This document shows positions 47,877 to 60,433 of a stretch of 64,000 nucleotides of DNA, in pieces. Under the pieces are notes generated by a model. It had not been told where the DNA came from and did not search any database. It was given only the letters and a program-made list of their open reading frames with translations. Location: contig OZ316892.1 in the NCBI GenBank assembly GCA_973895155.1, positions 4,858,510 through 4,922,509 on the forward strand, written 5' to 3'. The DNA is from Marsupella aquatica. Taxonomy: Eukaryota > Plantae > Marchantiophyta. Within the stretch, counting starts at the first letter, position 1, and every line of letters begins with the position of its first letter. The position numbers and the translations under genes were made by a program.

Positions 47877-49265
47877 CACATAAAGTACTAAAAGATAACA
47901 TTCTTCATCGGTTTAAGATACACACAAAGGTCAAACACACGTACTCTTGTGAAAACCTTGTGCACAAATTCAATTATCAAACCGCTTATTCCACTGTCTT
48001 GGTTCCCCTTCTTCCAATATCAATGCATCACCCTCATCATCAGTAACAAAATCCTCCTCTTGCAATTGAGATGGATCAACCCACTGTCCATACCTTGATG
48101 GAGCGCGTATAGTGCAACCAGATGTTCTTCTAGCTGATGACTCTGGTTGATCTGTGTGTGCTGGTATAATCTGAAGCTCAGCAGCATCCACTTGTTGCTC
48201 ACCAGCATCAACAAACTCCTTTGGTTCTTCTGGTACATAAACCAACTCCATAATTGGAGCAACTCCTTCTCTCCGATCATGCATCTCATGACCAATCTCC
48301 CCCTCAACGAGATTCAGGATATGAGATTTTTCTTTGTCAGTACGGGAGACCTAAGTATTCTCCCCCTCCTTCAATAATCTAGATTCATTGAAAGAAATAT
48401 CCCTACTGACAATGAGCTTACAGGCAATAGGATTCAATAACCTATAGGCTTTTACACTTGGTCCTATTCTGTTTCAGTGTGAGAGTATATGCATCACTCC
48501 CAAAAACTACCAAGCCATGATAGTCTGTTTGTCGCTTATAGCGCATCTCAAACGGTGTTTGGAATTTGATAGCACTAGAAGGAGAAAGATTTACCAAGTA
48601 AGTTGCGATATTGACAGCTTCTGCCCAAAATTCTTATGGTAAACTTGATTGGCTCAACATACTCCGTGACCGCTTCAATAGTGTCTGATTGAACCTCTCA
48701 ACGACACCATTTTTCTACGGAGTATAAACTATAGTAAGATGACAAGTTGTCCCCTATTCTAAACAGTACTCTTCAAATTCCACTGAAGTGTACTCCCTGC
48801 CATTGTCTGACCTCAGACTCTTCACCCTTGTCTCCATATACTTGACCGTGTTTTCAGTCTGATTCTCCACTTGGGCCTTCCACTTCTTAAAAATGGACAA
48901 GATATCAGACTTATGCGTCATGAGGTCGTAACTCTAGACCTAAGAGTAAATCCTAACATTCTCCGGGTATCTGCCATGGCCTTATTGTAGATTGCAATGT
49001 TGGCATGCTCTGCTCCCTTCAGGTCTTGTATGCTCTGCTCTTGGCTTTGGTTTTCATTGAGCAATTTGGCCAACTGTCCTTGGGTCTGCGCGAGTTTATT
49101 CTTGATTAATTGGTCGTCAGCCTTAGCTGTATCCAGCTGCCTTTGCATGATGCTCAACTAATGATTTCTAACCCGCAGCTCATCTTGAGCTTGCTTGGCT
49201 GCCCTTAGGTCTCCCGTCTCGGCTTCCTTCTCTCTAAGCCACCGGATGACCTCTTCCTTCTTCAT

Positions 49266-50973
49266 TGTAATATAATCAATTCATTAGAAATGATAGAAAT
49301 TTTATAAATTTTGAACTTTTTCTAACTCAAAGATGCAGTCTAGTTACCTTTTGTAGCAATTTAGATCAATTGAACACTTAATTTACCTAGTTAGCATATT
49401 AGTATAGAAGAATAGATATTTGTATGGAAGCCAACAAAATCAATGCTATGCTTCATCAGAGGCTATTGCTTGTATTGGATAAGGATCAACAATATAAATC
49501 CTTGCTCTTTGCATGCTACCAAGAAGGAAGACTGGATGTCATTGGAGAAGCAATGCAGACTAGAAGATTCAAGAATTGGACTCCAAAACACTTCTTCAGT
49601 AAGAATGAGCTCTATATGCAATTATCAAAATCAACCTATCTTTGCTATTTTAGTTAAATAGTTATCACGGTCAGAAAAATCTTAAACTTTTTTAGGAGGT
49701 AGTAATCACGTAGTAGAATCATCCCTAAAAGTTTCAGCTCAAACTTACACGTGGCTTGAAGTTAAAATTAATTTAGTTTTGAGGTCTAAAAAAAGTATGA
49801 AACTTTGCAAGCATAGAGACTATATGTAGTAAAATGCTATGAAAAAGTGTCACATCATTCCAACTTTCAGTTTAGAAGTTATAATTCTGACAAAGTCACT
49901 ATGTATTAATTTTACCAAAAATACGGATGCTTTGCGAAGCGTCCGCCCCAAACATTGACGCTTTGTGAAGCGTCCACTACATTTTCGACACTTATAGTGA
50001 TGTCCGTTTTTAGCATTTTTCTATTTTTTCACTTTTCAAGGATGACGGTTTTTAAGTTTTATTCAAGACCCTTCAGATATGAAAGGGCATGTCCTTTTAG
50101 TATCTCAGTTTCCTTGGGTTCTTGCTAGCCTATATGAAGTAGAATTTGTGTCATTTTCAAGTGTGAAAAAATAAACTAAGTGCCTGTGGCATGTGCTGCA
50201 GCATTGGAATGACCTTTGCAAAGTAAAGTTTTTGTGTATTTTTGTATGGAACTTGCAAATGCAAAAGGAATTCTTCTCCCTTCCTTGGTCTGAATGATTG
50301 AGAGTTTAGATCATTGAAGTAAAATTATTTGTATGAAGTTGAATCTCAGAAGTATGAGCGAATAGATTCCTTAAGTGGTGACAACCCATCTTCTTGAGTT
50401 CTTGATGCATAGTTTTTGGCGTGACATTGCTTGTGCACGGGATGCAAAGATTGTTATAGACTCACCAGTTATTTATGACTTCTATTTGAGCATGATGGTG
50501 TTCTGTATTCGTGACACAAAGTATTGATTGGATGCCAAAGTGATTGATTACTAGTCTCCACTCAGTACCTTTGAAAGGAAAAGTTGAGACATGTTGACAA
50601 CATTTTAGTAATCATCCTAGTACAATAATTCTTTCCAGAAATATTCTTGCGGATATACCACCCAAATCACATCAAATGAAGTATTGATGAGAATCTACCT
50701 TAGTGTTTTCCAAACTCCCTCATCATACCTCAAGATTTCATTGTGTTTTATTAATTATTTCCATTTCATTATTTTATTTACAATGTTAAACAAACATTCA
50801 AATCTATGCCTTGCTGAGCAACCATAGTAAAAGGCTCAAACATGTGTTTTTGTTACCTTAGTCATTCATAAGTGTTAAATGATAGAAAATCATTCTTTAC
50901 TTGTTCTTCCATGGGATCGAATACCGAGTTTTGGGCATTAAATGTTGATTTATGTTCTTAGTGTGACACTACA
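49266..50973 (+). mobile_element. Family X short copy (X3, 1708 bp), solo-LTR-like
   Basis: TGTAATAT...GTGTGACACTACA with perfect TSD TTCAT (49261-49265 / 50974-50978). Confidence 0.93.
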
Positions 50974-52406
50974 TTCATCCTCTCCAAAGCCACTGCTTCC
51001 TCCAAATGGCTTTTATCCGACATCCCCCTTTCGGCCCCATCTCCAACTCTTTCCCAAAGATGCCGATGGCAAGTAATCAACACATATTCCCGTACTCTAT
51101 GGCTTGGCAACATGAGTATATGGAGCGGTTAGGCGACATCGACATCTCCCATTGAAAGTGGGCCTTGGATCAACTTGCTTTCCTGCAAGCCACTGGATGT
51201 CTTCTGGCCACCCTCCCCTTGGTAAGTCCTTATCCTTGTTTGGGGATTCTTCCGCCAGATCTCTGAGTTGCGCCTGCAACTCTTGAGCGACCTACTTCAT
51301 CTCATCACATTCCAAAGGAGGGACGTCTAGTGGGGGAGACTCAGGGCTTCTCTGCTGCTTCGGGTCCCCACAAACCACTCCCAAAAGTGTGGGGATGAAC
51401 CGGCTGAAGCTCCTGACCCCGGGTACGGGCCGATCCTCTTCATAGTCAAAGTCTTCATCATCATAGTCCTCCACGTACGGCTACCCGTCCAGCTTGGAGC
51501 TTGGGTTTCTCCTGGTCTTCTTCTTGACTGACCGTAAATGCGGCCTCCTGTTGGAAAGAGGCACGGGGGCCGGCTTTGGCTTCGACTCCCATACTTGCTT
51601 TTCCCTCTCTTCATTGGCACTGTTAATCTTAGGCTCTTGTTCCTTGAATTGGGTTCCAGCCTTAAGCCCCCCACGTACATCCGCACTCCTTGCTCCCGCT
51701 CTGGCCTTCTTCTTTTCGTGGCCCTGGCAAAGGGATCTTCCCTTGTTGGTCTTCTTGGGCCTGCCTCTTTAACAGTGCCCTATACCGGTTCTTGTACCGC
51801 AGCTGCAGGCCCTGTTGCTGGCTTCTCTTTCTGCAGCATCTATAGAATGTTCTGCACAACTAGTTGCTGTCTTGGCATGGGTGTTGGCCTTGGCATGAAG
51901 ATCTGATCGATTGTAGGGCTGCCGAGCGGTTTGGGCTCCCTTGCCACCGGCCTCTCTTTCGACTCCTGTTCTGGTGCCCTAGCCTACAACGGAAGTACTA
52001 GTGCAAAGGTCTGACTTTGGGCATATCGGCACAACAACGGCATGTGAAATCCAAGTCAAGACATGCTCCTCTGGCCTATCACTTATTGACATTCCTCCTT
52101 CAAGATCTTCTTCAATTGGGTGAGGAGGTACGCGTTGTAGTCCTGGCTTGGGTTTGGTCTCTCTACAAGATAGACCTATGCTTTGCCGATCTCCGACCTT
52201 GCCAAATTGCAATGCATGGTCACCCGCAGGAAATCAACAATTTCTCCTATGTACGGGTTGGTGCAGGTGTTTCAGAAAAAGCCATTCTTTCTTGATGGCC
52301 CAAAAAACGATCTGAACTCCTTATCCAATAAGTTCTTTCGGGAGTCCACCTTGGTCTTATATCCTATTGGCAAGCCAAATACCTCGGCAATCACCTTGGG
52401 AGTGAG

Positions 52407-54164
52407 TGTAATGTAGTAGATTAGTTGAAAATGATGGAAAATTTATAAATTTTGAACTTTTTCTAACTCAAAGGTGTAATATAGCTACCTTTTGTAGCAA
52501 TTTAGATCAACTGAACACTTTACCTGATGTTATGCTTCATCGGAGGCTATTGCCTCTATTGGACAAGGATCGTCATATAAATCCTTGCTCTTTGCATGCT
52601 ACCAAGAAAGAAGACTGGACATCATTGGAGAAGCAATGCAGACTAGAAGATTCAAGAACCGAACTCCAAAGCACTTCATCAAAAATGAGCTCTGTGTGCA
52701 ATTACCACGATCAGCCGATCTCTGATATTTTAGTTAAATAGTTCTCATGGTCAGAAAAGTTTCATACTTTTTCAGAAGGTAGTCATTACGCAGTAGAATC
52801 ATCCCTGAAAGTTTCAGCTCAAGCCGACTTATAGCTAGGAAGTTAAAAATGTTTGAATCTGCTAAGTTTTTGCTGCACCGCGATTACGTCTTTACGAGTT
52901 TATGCTTTTACGTGTATACGTGTTTATGCCTTCAACACTTAGAATTTTTTCCGATTTTCTGTAGTTCTTTATTTCCGGTACTTTTTGGTATTTTATTGAA
53001 GTACCTAAACACCTCAGAAAAGTCTGAGATTTTACCAGCATGAAGACTATACCTAAGAGAATACTCTAGGAACGTTTCATCTCAAACTGATATTTGGTTT
53101 AGAAACTAAAATTAGGACAAAGCCACTATTCATTAGTTTTACCGTAATGTCACTTTTACATTAGTTCACATTTGCAATACCTTTTGGTTAGTTTTATATA
53201 CTAGGAACCCTCATGTGACTCTTAGGTACTACTGTAGCACACCTTTGTTATTTTTACTTTAGTTCAAGAACCCTTGAGGCATGAAAGGGCATGTCCTTTC
53301 ATTTTCTCTCTCCTTGGGTTTCTACCAGCCTATATAAAGTAGAATTTATGTCATTTGAAATGTGAAAGAATTATGTAAGCACTATGTTGCAAATTTGTAG
53401 CATGAAAAAGCTTCACTTTGTAGAGAGAAACTCTGTATTTGCATGAGTGATTAATACAAAGGAATTCTTCCCCCTTCCTTGTGTTTGAATGTTGGAGATC
53501 AAACCAGAGAAGTAAAACCTTGTGAAATGGTGAAATCTTTTGAATGTATGGAGATAGATTCCTTAATTGGTGAAGGCTATACATTTTTAAGTTCTTGATG
53601 CATAAGTTTTTGGCATGACATTGCTTTTGCACGGGATGCAAAGAATGTTATTGACCAATTACCTATGACTTTAGTTTGACGATGATGGTGTTCATTATTC
53701 GTGACTCGGAGTACCGACTGGATGCTGAAGTGATTGGTTATTAATCCTAACTGAGTACCTTGGAAGGAAAGGTTAAGATATGTTGACGGCATTTTAATAA
53801 TCATCCTAGTAAAGTATTTCATTCCAGAAATGTTCTTACGGATTTGTCACCTTAAATCATCACAAATTAAGTGTTGTTGAGGAGTTACCTTGGTCTATTC
53901 CAGACTCCCTCATCATACCTCAAGATTTTCTTGTGTTTTGTTAATTTATTCCATTTTGTTAATCGTATTTATAATGTTAAGCAAACATTTAAATCTATGC
54001 CTTGCTGAGCATCCATAGTAAAAGGCTCACCTTTGTGTTTTCGACACCTTAGTCATTCATAAGTGTTAATTGATAGAAAACCATTCCCAACATGTTCTTC
54101 CATGGGAACGAATACCGAGTTTTGGGCATTAAATGCTGATTTATGTCCTTAATGCAATACTACA
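52407..54164 (+). mobile_element. Family X short copy (X4, 1758 bp), solo-LTR-like
   Basis: TGTAATGT...GCAATACTACA with perfect TSD GTGAG (52402-52406 / 54165-54169). TATA-like CCTATATAAAG at ~53329. Confidence 0.93.
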
Positions 54165-56019
54165 GTGAGATAGAATTATACCCTCTCATATACCTTGGTT
54201 GCATCTGAATCATGATCCCATGATCCCACGAATTCCAGCAAGTCTGATTTCGGCACCTCCGGCTTTAGCCAAGGTAATCTAACAAAGGTCTCCAAGCCGG
54301 ATCAAGCCATGAAGCCTTGGTACTTTCGGGACTGCATGGCCATAAAACATGCATCTTCTTCTCATGCAAAATATAACTGCATCTCCTTTGGCAAGACCAT
54401 CGCTCAGCCCTTCCATGTGTCATCTCTCATGGGGATGGCATTGATTGGATTGACCTCCGGTTCTCCAACCTCCTCCTGCCTCTTTCTTCCTTGCTTGGTA
54501 GGCTTTCTAGGTGCCGCCGACCTAGTTCTTTTTGCCAGGGTGGCTTCTTCGTTGATGGGTACCTTCCTCTTCATGGTGGCGGCTCCTGACGACTCCCCCA
54601 ACATCGTTGCTTTTGTCCACGTCGCCGTGGTACCCTTCAAGTCCCAATGTTTGTCGTTGCAACGGTTGATGGCCTCACGGATGCCGACGATTATGTTATT
54701 ACAGAATAGTAGGTCGTCAAGGTGTCCACAAGAACTTGTCCTTGATGAGTTCTCCTCCGAGGAAAGCAAACCTCTGCAGCTCCCACAACCTAGCGAGCTC
54801 TTGTCTTTCTTGGGCTGCTGTCTTTGGCTCCTCGTCCTCGTAGGTTCCAATGTACTCAGTTGCCCGTTCGAACGGGCATCCCCAAAAATGTGCAGCTCGG
54901 TTGACGTTGCTTATTCCTCTTTGTGTTGATGCTCGATACCTGCTTCCGCGCACAGTGTTTGCCTAAGCTCCGAACAGGTTGTTGGCTTCTCTCTGTAATC
55001 CTCTGTTGATTAGTGCTCACAAATGAGCAGCCGCCCCTGGTGAACAGTCCTTACCCCCTTCCTGCCCCGTAATCCTCTGTTGATTAGTGCTTGCAAATGA
55101 GACGCCGCCCTTGGTGAATAGTCCTTACCCCCTTCTGCCTGCCTTCACTTGGCTGCCCATTGATTACCCACTTCCGATTGTGCTTAGTATGCCCTAATCC
55201 TAATCCTACCCTCTTGTTGCCGTTACGCCGTTACTTTCGGCGCGCCCCAGCTTGGGTTCCATGGTTACACTTAATTGTTTAAGTTTTCCCTTTTTCCTCC
55301 TTATACTAATGCAATTTAGTGTACACCACCCGTGTTTACCTTTTTAAATGGCCTAGTGTTTCTAGGCTAGGCATCACACTACTCTTACATGCCTGAGTGG
55401 TCTTTTGTGTAGAGCGTAGGTCTTACCCCTTGTTTATGTCCATATGGCCTTCTTTAGACAACTTGCTTGTTGCATTAGAGATTGCTCAAGCATTTGCTAT
55501 TCTTCCTAGGGGTGAGAATTTTGGTGTTAGGGTCTCTCTAGAGTTAAATTCTTTTGTGTGACCCTCCAATACATTTTACCCTAGAGCTTTACTAGGCTTT
55601 TCAGTTTGTTGCTCATAAGGGTTTTGGGTTTGTAGTTACGGACCCCCATTAGGGGTTCCTTCCAAATTCCCTAGCACAAGGATGTGCCACATCAGCAAGG
55701 ATGGTGACAAACAAGACAGAGCAGTTTTTTGGAAAACAAAAAGGGACTTGTCATGTTTGTGTCCATATATATTCGTGTAAATTATGGGGCGCCATGCCGT
55801 AAGTATTAAGCGTAAAAAAACCCGAATACAAAGGAAGAGATGTCATTTAGTAAAATAAATTTACCATTCTGATGTTTGTCAATCATATATCAATGTTTTA
55901 CATCATAATGCTTATATGTTTTTTAATTGTTTGCAAGTTTTAAAAAACCAATCGATAGAAATGTACATAGTTAGAACCTTGTGGCTCCGCATCGTAAAAC
56001 TAAATAATCAAACTCCTTA

Positions 56020-56610
56020 CTACTTGATGAAATCTATCAATGTTAGATTCATTGGAAAGCTCAAGATCAAGATTTAGAAACTCATGACCTCTTTAGTACT
56101 GTCGTGATCAAATCTCTCAATGTCACACTCATTGGAAAGCTAGATCAAAATTAGAAACTCATCAACTTTTTAGTACTTGACAAAATTTATCATTGTTAGG
56201 TTCATTGGAAAGCTAGAGAAATTTGTATACTCATGATCTCTCTAATTCTTGACAAATACTCCCAATGTCACACATTAGAGCTACAGAGATTGAAAACCCC
56301 ATGATCTATTTAGTACAGTGACAAAATTTGACATGAATTTTGTCAATGTCGGACTCAATGTTGGAAAAGCTAAAAGAATTCATGAACTCATGATCAAAAT
56401 TTCTTCTTGTTACACTCATTGGAAACAGGATAGGAAAGACTGGGAAATTCAAAAACTCATTTGGAATTTGACACAATTTGTCAATCCGAGGCTCATTGGA
56501 AACCTAGAAAAATTGGTATTTAACTCATGATATACTTGGTACTTGACAAAATGTATTAATTTGATGCTCATTCAAAACCAACAGAAATTCAGAAAATCAT
56601 GATCTCATTT
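56020..56610. repeat. Degenerate tandem repeat, roughly 70-80 bp period, core CTCATTGGAAAGCTAG...AACTCATGA
   Basis: (c)attggaaa(gct) recurs near 56050, 56130, 56204, 56360, 56417 and 56494. Confidence 0.6.
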
Positions 56611-56879
56611 CTCACTCATCTCTCAATGAACCTTTTGTGCTAAACACTTAGAGGCATTTTAGAAAATCATAACATTGAGAATGAATCTAACATTGGCAGA
56701 TTTTTTCATTACCAACGAGATCATGGGCCCTCAACCCATTTGGTTCTTATAAGTTTGAGAAATGGATTGAGGGCCATTTGGACTCAAACTTCCAAGTTAC
56801 CGACAATAAAATATTTGAAGGAATGAAAAAAATAATCGAGAAATGACATTCCTGTATTGGAATGTTTGGGTTGGGTTCA

Positions 56880-56883
<4 letters not shown>

Positions 56884-56924
<41 letters not shown>
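56884..56924. repeat. (GA)n microsatellite
   Basis: Directly visible, about 20 units. Confidence 0.98.
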
Positions 56925-56926
<2 letters not shown>

Positions 56927-58014
56927 GAAATCTAAGCTGCGAACTAATCGACAGTATTCAGGGGTCCACGAACTAATTTTTGTTGTGGGGGACTTTCCTT
57001 GAGACTCCCCGACTCTTTGCTCTTCCTTGGGTTTTCCCTTGACGATTTCCTTCCCTTGATTGGGTCTCTTGCCTGTTTCATCGTTTGTCCCCTGGGTGGG
57101 CCCCTTTTTTTTATTTCTGGCAGTGTATTTTATCTTATTTATAAAGCACAAAGGGAGGCTAGAGTTGAGGTCTAGGTTTCTCTAGAGTGAAGACTCTAGA
57201 CTGTGATTCTAGGGCCCCACCAAAATATATGTGCATAGAAAGGAGAATGATATATTTTGTATGTTAAAATGATGACATGCATGATGCTTTCTTTAATCAT
57301 TTCATTAACAATTAAAGAATGTAATTAGTGAATATATTTTGTCAAACATTTCATTGTTCACTCCTCTATTCACTCTTAAAGAACTGGGAGTAGGGGCTAG
57401 TACATTTAATTACCATTTCAAATGCTGCCAGCCCTATTGCAGTAAAGGGGGAAATAAATAGTGAATGTGTGCAGAATTCTCACCAAATGTCTGCCCAAAA
57501 TGGAGCCCCATTGCATGCACAAATCACCGTGACCACTTGAGGTTATTTCTTAGTATGTTTCTCAAGTTAATAGTCTGCTGTAGAAAATCCAGTTCTCTCG
57601 TTCATACTCTTCGGCGGACGTCGACAAGAGAGGACTGGGGATGCAGAGGGCGAACAGGGAGGGGAGCCGGAGCTTTAGACAGCGGTACGTTTCGGTTTAG
57701 GTTGTGGGATATCTTGTCGTGGAAAGGTGGAAAGAAATAGCATTGGGATGGTGTTGATAAATTGATCAAGATGGCCGAAGGAGGCGAATCGTCGGAGGCG
57801 TATGTTTTCTACATCTTTTGACCACTTTTTCATCCTTCGTTTGTGTCCTGAGCGGTGTGATTCAGTTGTTTCTGCTCTCCCCCTAGTCTTATTGGAACAA
57901 GTGATTGTAGGGTTTTGTAGCCACAGTTTTCTGACATGGATGGGTCGTTGCTGCTCTGTCTCTCTCTCGAAATCGTTCCATGCACGGTGCAGGCATTAGA
58001 AAGCAGAGCCAGAG

Positions 58015-59113
58015 ATGAAAGGAGGGAGAAGGAATCTGAAGCAGGGCGCCTTGAATGGGTGCCCGGAGCCTCAACCGGGAGAGTCCCTGATGCGTGTTGT
58101 GTCTCTACGTGGTTCCAATGTAATTGAGGTATGGTAATAGCGTGTCAATTGCAATCATTCATTCCACTCATTCATTCATCCGTTTCATTCATGTGTTCTT
58201 ACACTTCGACGTTCTCTCATAATTAAGGGCGTGGTCTGTTTGCCAGGTTGAGGATGCTCAGAGGGGAAAGACACTGTGTATGCTGCCTGCCAAGTTTCGT
58301 AAAAGTTTGTGGATTAAGACGGGTGAGTCATCGCCAGCACAAAGGTTTAGGCTACTTATGAAGTCTGTGCATAGTAGGTATAGAAGACAAACCATGCTAG
58401 GTGCTCCACTACATTGGTTGTGCTAATCTTTGCTCAAAAACCCTAGTGACCAGGTTTGATATTCTCGGACCTTACGTTGTTTTACCTGCTTTCAGCGTTA
58501 GACATAGTCAGCTACGGATTGTTTTGTGGATGTAATGACATTTGACCTCATATTGAGTTCTGTGGACGATGGAGTTGGTTTTGTAGGTAACTATGTCCTA
58601 GTAGAGGAGGGCGACAGAGAGAAAGCTGCAGATGCAGGTAGTAAGGTTACGGGAACAATTGTCCAAGTGTTGTACGACGAGCATGTTCGGGCTCTCCGGA
58701 AAACTTCATTTTGGTATTCTGCCACTAAACCCAAACCAAATCGGTGTGGGGATGGAAACTGAATCTTTCATTAGTCTGGTCTAGATCGAGATTAAGTCAG
58801 TCTGTAGGCATCAATACATATAGCACTAATTCCCTGTTACTTTTTGAGTTTGAAAAGTCGTTCCTGGTGGCTGAGTTTGTACCGCTGGCTGACATTTTCC
58901 ATCTGCAGGCCTCCCTCGTTTGTAGATACATCGGAAAAAGCACTCATGGCTGCTGAAACTCTTGCAATCGAAGAATGCAAAGACAACAGGGATGACGTTA
59001 ACAGTGACGAGGAGGAGGATGGATTGCCACCTTTAGAAGCTAACAGGAACAGGCAGCAACCCACAAGCCTCTGGCAAAAGTCAGATTCTGACTCAGTCAG
59101 TGATGATGAATAA
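58015..59113 (+). CDS. EIF1AD: EIF1AD (eIF1A-domain OB-fold RNA-binding protein); exons 58015-58128, 58247-58322, 58587-58713, 58909-59113
   Basis: Spliced product MKGGRRNLKQ...MRVVSLRGSNVIEVED...PAKFRKSLWIKTGNYVLV...GSKVTGTIVQVLY...WPPSF...DGLPPLEANRNR. All introns are GT-AG and the frame is consistent. Confidence 0.92.
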
Positions 59114-59866
59114 AATGAACATGCCAGCCACATAAAAAGGGAGGTGGCTCTGTGAGATTCTTAGACCTCGGTTTCCCTATTTGCTTCAGATAAGGCGGTA
59201 GTTAAATGGGACCTTGTGAACTCTTCGTCCAATTGGCATTATGATGCAATTCAATGAAGAATCAAAGGTGCGACCACTAGAGCCACCGGCTTCGACGATT
59301 TGAAGACTGAAGCAATGCTGTTTAATTCACAATAGCAAGGCATCCCACACAGCATTGCAAATTTGAAAGAAGATAATGTCCGAAGGGAGCCATCAATGAG
59401 GGGGCCGTAATCTGATTTCTCAGATGTTGAAGTAAATAAGGGTTGTTTGAACCTGTCTTGATACTCTTGAGGACCAGCACAAGCCGAATAGTCTTCTTGT
59501 CTGATTTCGTTTGATTATGATGCCTGTGAAGTGTTTGACTGACAAAGCTAGCAAAGCAGAATGAAACTATCTTTGGTAAAGCACACAACGAAAATATGGC
59601 CATGGGCTTTATCAATAAGTGCATCTCTTGGCTGGTTCACTCTTTCACTGCTGACCGGCAGGTGGGTCGTGAACCAAGCAATTTGCGATATAGCAACGGT
59701 TTGACTGTTGAATGTAAATTTTCGCCTCTTCACAATACCAGAGTCAGCAAGGTGGAGTTGTTTGTTGGAAATGTGGTCTCGTTACTGAACGTGACATCCT
59801 ATCCAATACCTACTCAATTGGAAAGGTTGGCAGTTCAACGATTGTGCAAATTTGTCATTTCCTGGC

Positions 59867-60112
59867 TGTACCCTACTTCAAAGGAATTCCAGACCAAAGA
59901 AACTGCTAAGTTTGGCAACACAAGGCTTGGAGGAGTCGGAGCTTTTGCAGTTTTCTCTCTGTACCCTACTTCAAAGAAATTCCAGACCAAAGAAACTGCT
60001 AAGTTTGGCAACACAAAGCTTGGAGTAGTCAAAGCGTTTGCAGTTTTCTCTCCATACCCTACTCTAAAGAAATTTCAGAAAGTGCTAAGTTTGGCAACAC
60101 AAAGCTTGGAAT
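59867..60112. repeat. ~75-bp tandem repeat, about 3 copies, intergenic
   Basis: tgtaccctacttcaaag..ttccagaccaaagaaactgctaagtttggcaacacaa.gcttgga is repeated. Confidence 0.85.
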
Positions 60113-60433
60113 AGTCAATGCTGACGCTCCGTACGAACACCATCGTACAAAATGGAAAGGTTGGGTTTGGGTATCATTCTCGTGTGGGCCCCGAGCCCAG
60201 ATGTGCCAATAGATGACCGACAGGTGGCATATCCTTGTGGCTCCCTGCAGAAGAAGGTCATGAGCACAAGAGTCGTCTTCAAATTCGCACTTGAGAAGCG
60301 ACGTACTGTGAATCATACAAAATTACAACTGAGAGGGGAACGTTTTGCCAGGCTCTGTGCTCTGCTCTGATCGCTCATTGCATCGAGAGCGCCTTCACAG
60401 AAGCACATTGGGAACAAAGAGACTCAGACAAAC

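Larger units (their letters stand above)
9833..48925 (-). mobile_element. Ty1/copia pol remnant in four pieces: 48925-47882, 43190-42954, 20371-20291, 10396-9833
   Basis: Integrase (LRSDNGREYTS, FWAEAVNIATYLVN), RT (RQWNKRFD, LVLYVDDMLI, DLGPAKRILG, SLAPHFRLSS, TRPDLAMA) and RNase H (ISWRSTLQ, EVEYVAATEAAKE, DSQSAL, KHIDVRYHFIR) in copia order. Continuity is restored across three TSD-flanked insertions. No LTRs found. Confidence 0.9.
48958..55378 (-). mobile_element. Family A diverged, truncated copy (D) with two nested X insertions
   Basis: Terminus CTAGGCATCACA ends at 55378; ATG at 55262. Degraded homologues of AAHFWGCPFERATEY, PINAIPMRDDTWKG, GDPKQQRSPESPP and ELSIMQRQLD. The other end is lost at the junction with the copia integrase. 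Confidence 0.85.

Noticed and set aside
49266-54164. X3 and X4 as a paired-LTR element
   Set aside because: They have separate TSDs (TTCAT, GTGAG) and are visibly diverged. The DNA between them is the middle of copy D.
59596-60114. 172-aa ORF between EIF1AD and the HAD gene
   Set aside because: It is largely built from the 75-bp tandem repeat and has no recognisable domain.
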